DNA from: an uncultured candidate division WWE3 bacterium
Lineage (GTDB): Bacteria > Patescibacteriota > WWE3 > UBA101185 > UBA10185
Reading direction: 5' to 3'
Assembly: GCA_963765125.1 (NCBI GenBank)
Contig: CAVXUZ010000005.1
Coordinates: 263,837-327,836 of the forward strand
DNA: 64,000 nucleotides
Shown here: positions 18,320 through 25,323 of the stretch, one piece after another
Layout: each line of letters begins with the position of its first letter
Numbering within the stretch: position 1 is the first letter of the stretch
Notes under the pieces: generated by a model
What the model saw: only the letters and a program-made list of their open reading frames with translations
What the model was told of the DNA's origin: nothing
Databases searched by the model: none
Position numbers and translations under genes: made by a program

Positions 18320-19555
18320 ATGACTCCTGTGAATAAATCGGCATTTATTAAAATCGGTATTTCCGTTATAGCGTTAGCTCTTGTTATAACTGGTTTGGTG
18401 ATTTTTACAAAAAAACATAACGGAAACCTGAGTATTTTATCCCCACTTAGTAAAACCTTCAGTATCTTTTCATTCGCAGGCACCGGAGAGCCACCTATAA
18501 AAGAGGTTTACGGCTACCTTCCATACTGGACGATTATTGACTCGAAATACTTACAAATGGATAAGCTTACTGATATTGCCTATTTTGGGCTCCATATCAA
18601 CGAGGACGGTTCGTTTTTAAAAGTTGAAGATGGCGAACTTAATCCTGGGTACAACAACTGGAAAAACAATAAAGAACTACTTGAAGTAATCAAAAATGCA
18701 AAAAAACACAATGTAAAATTTGCCTTAACAGTAATTTCACACAGAGACGACGTTTCGGACAAATTTTTAGACTGTCGTGAATGTTGGGTTACCCTAACCG
18801 ATAATATAATCGCTGAGCTTTTAGACAAAGGGATCAAAGATGTAAATCTAAACTTTGAGTATGCAGAGTACACACCGATTGAAAAAGCAAAACAATTTAC
18901 GGAATTTACCAAATATATAAACGAAAGGCTCGATGAAACATTCGGCGACTCTAAAATCGTAGTATCATCTTTTGCCGACTCTATTGTAAAAGAAAGAGTG
19001 TCAGAAATTGAAGGGTTGAGTAAAGTTGCAGACCGAATATTTATCATGGCGTATGATTTTCACCGCCCAACTTCAGACACAGCAGGACCAGTTGCACCAA
19101 TGGGCGGAAAGGGAGTGCACGCAGAATACGATATCGAAACAATGATGAATGATTACCTATCAAAAGTCCCGCCAAATAAGCTACTACTCGGCGTACCTTA
19201 TTACGGATACAACTGGGTAGTTGAGAGCGAAGATCAATATTCAAAACGTATTGAAGGCACAGATGACAACGGCTTTTCACAATCGCAAACATACCAAAAT
19301 GTAATGGAAACAATACTCAAAGTTAAACCAGAACTAAGATGGGACGACCTAGCAAAAACTCCTTACTTTACATACATCAGCCCCGACACCGGATACACAC
19401 GTGAAGTCTATTTTGACAACGTCGAATCATTATCATTTAAATACAATATGGTAATTGAAAAAGATTTAGCGGGTATTGGTATTTGGGCACTGGGCTACGA
19501 TGGGGGTTACGACGATTTATGGAATCTGATTGATAGGTTTTTTAAAAGAAACTAA
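18320..19555 (+). CDS. signal-anchored GH18 family (chitinase-like) protein with a degenerate catalytic motif
   Basis: GH18 landmarks are present: YGYLPYW, MAYDFH and AGIGIWALGYDG. The DxxDxDxE box reads DVNLNFE. Confidence 0.55.
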   Translation: MTPVNKSAFIKIGISVIALALVITGLVIFTKKHNGNLSILSPLSKTFSIFSFAGTGEPPIKEVYGYLPYWTIIDSKYLQMDKLTDIAYFGLHINEDGSFLKVEDGELNPGYNNWKNNKELLEVIKNAKKHNVKFALTVISHRDDVSDKFLDCRECWVTLTDNIIAELLDKGIKDVNLNFEYAEYTPIEKAKQFTEFTKYINERLDETFGDSKIVVSSFADSIVKERVSEIEGLSKVADRIFIMAYDFHRPTSDTAGPVAPMGGKGVHAEYDIETMMNDYLSKVPPNKLLLGVPYYGYNWVVESEDQYSKRIEGTDDNGFSQSQTYQNVMETILKVKPELRWDDLAKTPYFTYISPDTGYTREVYFDNVESLSFKYNMVIEKDLAGIGIWALGYDGGYDDLWNLIDRFFKRN

Positions 19556-19733
19556 AAAAAATATGCAGAGATAAAAATAGATTGTTGGTATATAGATTTT
19601 GCAAAAACCAATCTCTTAATCGCATTTTCTAAGTATAATTTTTGTTATACAATTTTTATTTATTCTACAAGTAATTACACCTTAATACCTCGATATATCA
19701 AGCCTATTATAACTTCTCAAAAGTCAGTAGCAA

Positions 19734-19762
19734 TTGACACTATAGGTTATTTGTGTTAAAAT
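19734..19762 (+). promoter_or_regulatory. near-consensus sigma70 promoter (TTGACA-17-TAAAAT) driving the GC-rich cassette ORF
   Basis: Exact TTGACA at 19734..19739 and TAAAAT at 19757..19762. Confidence 0.6.
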
Positions 19763-19767
19763 ACTCA

Positions 19768-19780
19768 GGTTTGAGAGTTC
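19768..19780 (+). repeat. left arm of a 13-bp perfect inverted repeat (GGTTTGAGAGTTC) at the predicted transcription start
   Basis: Reverse complement of 20232..20244. Confidence 0.7.
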
Positions 19781-19843
19781 ATTAGGCCGTTTAATCAATA
19801 GGGACCTAAAATAAAGGACCCAACTACCAAATAAGGAGTTAGA

Positions 19844-20224
19844 ATGGCTACCTATATAAAAGGAAGCAATAACGGCGTAGTAGCAATCGTTACTGCGCGG
19901 ACTTACGATAAAATGGAGGTTCGCAATCAGCTTGTAGCTGAATGTGAAAAGAAGGGCATACCCCTTCCGCAACTCCCCCCGGTAACACCAGTATTCACCT
20001 TTTCGTCCGAGGAGCATCCAGCTTTCAAGTTTATGACCGGCAGCTTCGCATTACTCGAAAAGTTACTTAATGGGCATGACGTAAAGAACGGAAGTATTTG
20101 GGTGCCTTTTTCAAATGGTACTCAATGGGGGCACGATCCGGCGGCTCGTTGGGAACTTGATTTTATGACTTCCCTCGACGAGGTATTCGAAGCATTCGAT
20201 ATCAATGTAGCAATTAATCGCTAA
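19844..20224 (+). CDS. hypothetical protein (126 aa) in a GC-rich IR-flanked cassette
   Basis: SD sequence AAGGAGTTAGA before the ATG. Coding GC is visibly higher than surrounding DNA. Own promoter and terminator. No recognisable motif. Confidence 0.5.
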   Translation: MATYIKGSNNGVVAIVTARTYDKMEVRNQLVAECEKKGIPLPQLPPVTPVFTFSSEEHPAFKFMTGSFALLEKLLNGHDVKNGSIWVPFSNGTQWGHDPAARWELDFMTSLDEVFEAFDINVAINR

Positions 20225-20231
20225 TCTGATC

Positions 20232-20244
20232 GAACTCTCAAACC
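20232..20244 (+). repeat. right arm of the 13-bp perfect inverted repeat (GAACTCTCAAACC), 8 nt after the stop codon
   Basis: Exact reverse complement of 19768..19780. Confidence 0.7.
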
Positions 20245-20247
20245 AAG

Positions 20248-20296
20248 CGCCGTAAGCTATGGAATTTTACAATTCCCTCTATCTTACGGCGTTTTT
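20248..20296 (+). terminator. rho-independent terminator (nested double hairpin GCGCCGTAAG...CTTACGGCG + T5)
   Basis: 9-bp outer stem, inner GGAATT/AATTCC palindrome, and a T-run. Confidence 0.65.
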
Positions 20297-20340
20297 CGTT
20301 TTAACAAAAAGGTCCGCTTACCACCGTTGATGATAATCGG

Positions 20341-20417
20341 ACTTTTTGGTGGGCTCAACAGGATTCGAACCTGTGACCTCTCGAATGTGAATCGAACGCT
20401 CTAACCGGCTGAGCTAT
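20341..20417 (-). tRNA. tRNA-Val (anticodon CAC), CCA encoded
   Basis: The reverse complement folds: acceptor GGGCTCA/TGAGCCC, anticodon stem TTCGA/TCGAG, loop TTCACAT, T-arm ACAGG-TTCGAAT-CCTGT. Length 77 nt. Confidence 0.8.
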
Positions 20418-20529
20418 GAGCCCAAACATTGAACCAAAACAAATTTTACCCCATCACCAAACAAAAAACACTCTGTCTTGGCCTAAAAAACGTAATGCTA
20501 TTTTACATCATTTGCTCTAAAATTATTCT

Positions 20530-21084
20530 ATGCCTAAAGTTAAATTTAAAAAGTTTTCGGAGGCACTACTAGATTTTATTGAAATCTCGATTATCGGGGC
20601 AACTATTTTTATTCTTGTTTATCTTTTTGTCGGTCAGCTGCTGGAGGTTTCGGGAGATTCTATGCACCCTACGCTGGTTGACGGCGAGCAGATTATCGCC
20701 GAAAAGGTTTCTATGGCTGTAAAACCTCTTGAACGTGATGAGATTGTGATTTTTAGGCACCCTGAGAAGCAGGATAGATTGTTGATTAAACGCGTTATAG
20801 GACTGCCTGGCGATGTATTTAGGTTTGAAGATGGAATAGTAGTATTAAACGGTGAACCCCTCTTAGAACCCTATTTGGTTGACGCAGGGCATACATTTGG
20901 TAGTGATGTTTACAATAACGGTGAAGACTACTCTATCCAAGACGGGTCGTATCTATTACTAGGAGATAATCGTGAGGAAAGCGCAGATTCAAGATCTTTT
21001 GGTACTATAAAACAGGATTTGATTTTGGGAAGAGCTTTATTGGTATATCACCCAATTAAAAACTTTAGGGTAATCGAACATTAA
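20530..21084 (+). CDS. lepB: signal peptidase I
   Basis: S26 boxes: GDSMHPTL (catalytic Ser), the KRVIGLPGD region, and LLGDNREESADSRSFG. Confidence 0.85.
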   Translation: MPKVKFKKFSEALLDFIEISIIGATIFILVYLFVGQLLEVSGDSMHPTLVDGEQIIAEKVSMAVKPLERDEIVIFRHPEKQDRLLIKRVIGLPGDVFRFEDGIVVLNGEPLLEPYLVDAGHTFGSDVYNNGEDYSIQDGSYLLLGDNREESADSRSFGTIKQDLILGRALLVYHPIKNFRVIEH

Positions 21085-21322
21085 CCTTTTTCTTGGTCTT
21101 GTTTTTGAAAGCAAATTCAACTATTCCAGCGATTTTTGAAAATATTGTGAAGTCCTTGCCCATTGCAACGTTTTCACCAGGAAGATATTTCTGACCAATT
21201 TGTCTAACGATAATCTGACCAGGTTTTACCACTTCTCCACCGAAGGCTTTAATACCTCTTCTTTTTCCTGCTACATTCCCACCTTGTTTAGCCGATGCAC
21301 CACCGGCCTTTTTATGTGCCAT
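21065..21322 (-). CDS. rpmA: 50S ribosomal protein L27
   Basis: MAHKKAGGAS...GKRRGIKAFGGE...IIVRQIGQK is the canonical L27 N-terminus. Confidence 0.85.
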   Translation of the reverse strand: MAHKKAGGASAKQGGNVAGKRRGIKAFGGEVVKPGQIIVRQIGQKYLPGENVAMGKDFTIFSKIAGIVEFAFKNKTKKKVNVRLP

Positions 21323-21325
21323 ATA

Positions 21326-21838
21326 TTATTCTTGAACTTTCTTGGGTCGTCCCCTCTTTTTTGGTGATTCGACGGCCTCTTTAACTTTAACTTTAACGGG
21401 TTTTGCTTCTTTTTTTGGTGATGCTTTTGCAACAACCTTTTTCTCAACTTTTTCTGTTTTTACTGGCTTTTCAGCTTTTTCAGCTTTAATAGGTTTTTCT
21501 TTAACAATTGGCTGTTCTTTAGCAACTTCAACCTTTTTAGCACCTTTAAAAATACCTTTGACTTCGATTATGCTAATTGGTTGTTTGTGACCTTTTACTT
21601 TTCTGTAACGTGATTTTGCTCTAAATCTTCCTATTCTTATTTTTCTATCTCTTGTGTCTTCGAGCTTCTCTAACTGTACTGTGTAATCAGTTAAAACAGG
21701 TGTACCTACAACTACTTCTCCGTTTAAAGAGACAAGTACAACATCGGCATTAAGCTCTTGCTGCCTTTCAATTTTGATTTTAGTACCTTCCTGTACTTTA
21801 AATTGTCTTCCGCCAAGGCGGATTACTGCATAGTCCAT
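21326..21838 (-). CDS. rplU: 50S ribosomal protein L21 with a 65-aa Lys/Ala/Pro/Glu-rich C-terminal extension containing an AT-hook (PKKRGRPKK)
   Basis: MDYAVIRLGGRQFKVQEG is the L21 N-terminus. The C-terminal tail is a low-complexity KxEK repeat ending in an RGRP motif. Confidence 0.85.
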   Translation of the reverse strand: MDYAVIRLGGRQFKVQEGTKIKIERQQELNADVVLVSLNGEVVVGTPVLTDYTVQLEKLEDTRDRKIRIGRFRAKSRYRKVKGHKQPISIIEVKGIFKGAKKVEVAKEQPIVKEKPIKAEKAEKPVKTEKVEKKVVAKASPKKEAKPVKVKVKEAVESPKKRGRPKKVQE

Positions 21839-21882
21839 AGGAAACAGAATGAATAGTACTATATATGAGCCTTTGTTTCAAG

Positions 21883-22203
21883 CTAAAAGTAGTCAAATAC
21901 CTGTAGTTGTTCGACAAGGGGAAAACTGTCATCTCCTGCGATCCTGTTTTTCCTTATAAAACCGCACTTTTCACACTCATTAACAAGAACTTCTTCGCCG
22001 TCTGGTTTATAAATTTTACCCTTCGGACGCATTAAACCGTTACATTTTGACTTTCTATCGCCTGGCTCCTCATCAACATGCACTGAATATAGACAAAACG
22101 GACAATGATTACGATTTTTTGTTCCCGGTGCTTCTTGAGGAACTTTTTTGTTACATTTTTTGCAGGTAAAATACTTAGAGTTTTGCATCAGAACCAACAA
22201 CAA
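21883..22203 (-). CDS. zinc-ribbon protein with an RNHCPFC motif (RNHCP-domain-like)
   Basis: CKKC...RNHCPFC...CEKCG pattern with four Cys pairs. The likely start is the internal MQNSKYF. Confidence 0.45.
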   Translation of the reverse strand: MLLVLMQNSKYFTCKKCNKKVPQEAPGTKNRNHCPFCLYSVHVDEEPGDRKSKCNGLMRPKGKIYKPDGEEVLVNECEKCGFIRKNRIAGDDSFPLVEQLQVFDYF

Positions 22204-23524
22204 TTATTACATCGTATTGCGAGGTTTCTTCAAGGTCTGTTTGCACTACAACTGTAAAGGTGTCTTTCATACTTTCGGTAAGTATGGTTTGATAATCTTT
22301 CTTACTTCCTTTAAGTTTAATAAGCGTATCGGTACGTGCAGAATCTGTAGAATTGCCAATGGCTTCAACTTTGTAACCAGCTTTTTCTAAAAACTCTTGT
22401 GTTTTTGCAGCAATACCTGCAACGCCTGCACCATTCTCAACGCTGATTTTTAAATCTTCTTTTTTCAATTCTGATTTTGGCGCCTCAACTTGTGGCTCTG
22501 GTGTATTATTTGTTGCGTCTTGACTTAGAACCTCATTTTGTGCTGGTTGGGTTGGTGATTTATCAGGTTCGTTTGAACCCTTATTAAGCATGTTTAACCC
22601 AAATATTCCTGCAAATACAATGGCAAGAACGCCTCCCCCGATATATATGGGCACCAAGCTCTTATCTTTCTTAATTACTGGCACGGGCAAATGCGTAAGT
22701 AAGTTAATTTTTGAAAATACAGCTGCTGAGTCCTTTCCTACAGTCTGGCTAACTAAAAGGTGTAATTCGTAGCCTTTTGCCTCGGCTAAATCACTATTTG
22801 GAATCTCAACCTTTAGTACCTCATAACCTGGGTTAAGAGAAAAGCTATCATAGTTGTAAACGTATACTTTATTTATTGGCGAATTTCTTTTATAGATTGA
22901 GAGGTCGGTAATTAATTTTTGTAATTCTTCAGTTGATTTTTCTTTTTCGTATACTCCTGAGAAAAATACACCATTAAATTCTGACAGCGCGACGATTTGC
23001 TTGTCTGCAGATTTCGATATAAAGATTGCCGGGTCATTAATGCCAACCGTCTTTGGTAAAAATAATATCCAAGGGTAAACACCGCGCAAACCAATCCCCA
23101 ATTTATTTGAAACATCAATATACTTTTCTAAAATCTCTTTTCTTATCCCAATAAACTGATAGACAAATGGGGCAACCTTAAGATATGAAAAATACATTTC
23201 TTCGAGTGTTGTTTCTTTTACTTTTTCTCTTGTCTCCAAAGTTAGCTGGTCTTCTAAACTACCACCGTTTTTATTTACTGTTACGAACTTGAGAATCACG
23301 TCCTGGGGTTCAACAATAAAATTTAAACCTAAAGAACCAGTACCCTTTTTTGTGATCGTGGAGATTAAATCCCTCATCGCGGAGGTGAATTCTTCGATAT
23401 TAATAATCTCATGTCCCTTTACTACGTCAGTAGCAACACTGGCCGAAACGCCTTTAAATTCACCGTTTTCTACAGTGCTTATCTTTAGGGTGTTTTCGCT
23501 TACTGAGACTATTAAATCTTGCAT
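22175..23524 (-). CDS. bitopic protein with a LytR_C-type C-terminal domain and a cytoplasmic N-terminal domain of unknown function
   Basis: A single mid-protein TM (IYIGGGVLAIVFAGIFGL), a P/Q/E-rich linker, and a C-terminal VENGAGVAGIAAKTQEFLEKAGY...VVVQTD segment matching the LytR_C pattern. Confidence 0.5.
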   Translation of the reverse strand: MQDLIVSVSENTLKISTVENGEFKGVSASVATDVVKGHEIINIEEFTSAMRDLISTITKKGTGSLGLNFIVEPQDVILKFVTVNKNGGSLEDQLTLETREKVKETTLEEMYFSYLKVAPFVYQFIGIRKEILEKYIDVSNKLGIGLRGVYPWILFLPKTVGINDPAIFISKSADKQIVALSEFNGVFFSGVYEKEKSTEELQKLITDLSIYKRNSPINKVYVYNYDSFSLNPGYEVLKVEIPNSDLAEAKGYELHLLVSQTVGKDSAAVFSKINLLTHLPVPVIKKDKSLVPIYIGGGVLAIVFAGIFGLNMLNKGSNEPDKSPTQPAQNEVLSQDATNNTPEPQVEAPKSELKKEDLKISVENGAGVAGIAAKTQEFLEKAGYKVEAIGNSTDSARTDTLIKLKGSKKDYQTILTESMKDTFTVVVQTDLEETSQYDVIIVVGSDAKL

Positions 23525-23560
23525 GTTCTTAATATATCACACTAACATTGTTTGATAAAT

Positions 23561-24610
23561 TTATCTGGATTGCCAAATATTCTGGATAATACCGATACAA
23601 ATCATTGAAAGCAGCATCGAACTTCCGCCGTACGACACAAGCGGAAGTGTAACTCCCGTAACGGGCATGATCCCCATATTCATTCCAACATTCACCAAAA
23701 ATTGAATAAAGAAAATAAAAAATATTCCGATGCAAAGTAATCTTGCAAAACGATCTTCATTTCGATGAGCAATATAAAGAATCGTACTAAGCAAAACAAT
23801 AAAAAGAATTATGAGTGTGATTACGCCTAATAGTCCCCACTCTTCTGCAAATGCTGCAAATATAAAGTCCGTCCAATGCGCGGGGAGAAATTCTAAGCTT
23901 GCCTGGGTACCTCGACCAAAGCCTTTACCCAGTAATCCTCCTGAGCCAATTGCAATCATAGATTGAATAACGTTATAACCAGAACCCAAAACGTCTAATT
24001 CTGGATTTAAAAATACTAAGATTCTTTGTTTTTGGTAATCGTGAAGAATGCTCCAAATTGGCGCCGAAAATATACCAAATCCAAGAAACGCTGTTAAAAA
24101 ATAAAATATGCTCAAACCGGCAATAAACAGCATACCCACAAAAGTTCCTGCAATTACTATACCTGTACCCAAGTCTGGTTGAACTAAAACTAACCCTAAT
24201 ATAGGCATCAGCAAAGCAATCATCAAACCAAGTGTTTTTGGACTATTAACATTAATTTTTTCGTCAGAAAGCAATGAAGCAACAGCAATTATTAATGCCA
24301 GCTTAGCAAATTCAGACGGTTGCAGATTTAAAGACCCTATTTCTATCCAACGTGCTGAACCAAAACGTAATTCTGCAAATGCAAAAGTCACAATAAGCAA
24401 CAGCACAGCTACTCCAAAAATGTACTTCCAAATATATTTGTAAATTGAGTAGTCAATCTGTGAAAAAATGAAGTAAGCGACAAGACCCAGCACAAAAAAT
24501 ATTAATTGGGTTTTTACAAGATCTTTTGATGTCGAAAGCAAAGTTATAAATCCAATACAAAATAGTGCAAAAGTTATTATTAGTAATGATGGATTAAACT
24601 TTTTGATCAT
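23561..24610 (-). CDS. SEDS family peptidoglycan glycosyltransferase (RodA/FtsW-like)
   Basis: Ten-TM protein with a conserved C-terminal PLVSYGGSS motif. It is the second SEDS gene in the window. Confidence 0.8.
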   Translation of the reverse strand: MIKKFNPSLLIITFALFCIGFITLLSTSKDLVKTQLIFFVLGLVAYFIFSQIDYSIYKYIWKYIFGVAVLLLIVTFAFAELRFGSARWIEIGSLNLQPSEFAKLALIIAVASLLSDEKINVNSPKTLGLMIALLMPILGLVLVQPDLGTGIVIAGTFVGMLFIAGLSIFYFLTAFLGFGIFSAPIWSILHDYQKQRILVFLNPELDVLGSGYNVIQSMIAIGSGGLLGKGFGRGTQASLEFLPAHWTDFIFAAFAEEWGLLGVITLIILFIVLLSTILYIAHRNEDRFARLLCIGIFFIFFIQFLVNVGMNMGIMPVTGVTLPLVSYGGSSMLLSMICIGIIQNIWQSR

Positions 24611-24785
24611 TAAGATTAGCCAGTCTTAAATCGTGTTATACGTTGTTATAATAGCAATTTATCGGTCTGAAGTTAAGGAGTTTTGGTATACAAAATATTT
24701 ATCAGTCTGGTAGGCTCTTTTCACTAAAACACCGACACCAACAATTACGAATGCAACTAAAAAGATAAATAGGAATGTGCTTATT

Positions 24786-25322
24786 TTATTCGTCATTTTT
24801 CCAAATAATTTCCTTATGACCAGATTTAAAATTAACATACCGTGCGAGCACAAACAATAAATCTGAAAGCCTGTTCACATACTTGCCAACTTTATGGTAT
24901 TGCAGATGCATCTTTTCAGTTTTAAAAAGCTTAACTAGTTCACGTTCTAATCTTCTACAAATTACTCTGGCTGTATGTAAATAGTTTGCTTCTTGTGTTC
25001 CACCTTGCAAAATAAAGTTGCTCAGCTTTGGAAGTTTACTTTCATAGCTATCGATAATATTTTCAAGTTCTGTAGTCTTTTCTTCAAAGTCTAAACTTAC
25101 CTTAGCACCAGCAATTAGCGAGCCTAACCCCATTAAATCTTTTTGGAGGTTAATCACAAGTGTAACTAGCTTTTTTTCCTTATAGTTATGCAAAAACCCA
25201 AGTGACGCGTTAAGTTCATCCAGCGTACCTATAACCCAAAGTATTTGAGAAGACTTTTTTATTTTTTTACCCGTGGCGATAGTAGTTGACCCATTATCAC
25301 CATTTTTTGTATATATTTTCAT
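24786..25322 (-). CDS. PduO-type ATP:cob(I)alamin adenosyltransferase (the ORF track starts at 25361; the likely start is MKIYTKNGDNG at 25322)
   Basis: MKIYTKNGDNGST is the PduO/MMAB N-terminal signature, and the length is about 180 aa. Confidence 0.7.
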   Translation of the reverse strand: MKIYTKNGDNGSTTIATGKKIKKSSQILWVIGTLDELNASLGFLHNYKEKKLVTLVINLQKDLMGLGSLIAGAKVSLDFEEKTTELENIIDSYESKLPKLSNFILQGGTQEANYLHTARVICRRLERELVKLFKTEKMHLQYHKVGKYVNRLSDLLFVLARYVNFKSGHKEIIWKNDE

Positions 25323-25323
25323 C

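Noticed and set aside
19556-19700. Possible terminator or ncRNA in the AT-rich spacer after the GH18 gene (AGATTGTTGGT...ACCAATCT)
   Set aside because: The stem is interrupted by a bulge and is not followed by a convincing T-run. The composition is simply AT-rich spacer.
24659-24853. 64-aa minus-strand ORF (small TM peptide) between rodA and the adenosyltransferase
   Set aside because: It overlaps the 3' end of the adenosyltransferase gene in another frame and has no SD sequence. It could be a real small membrane peptide, but the evidence is insufficient.
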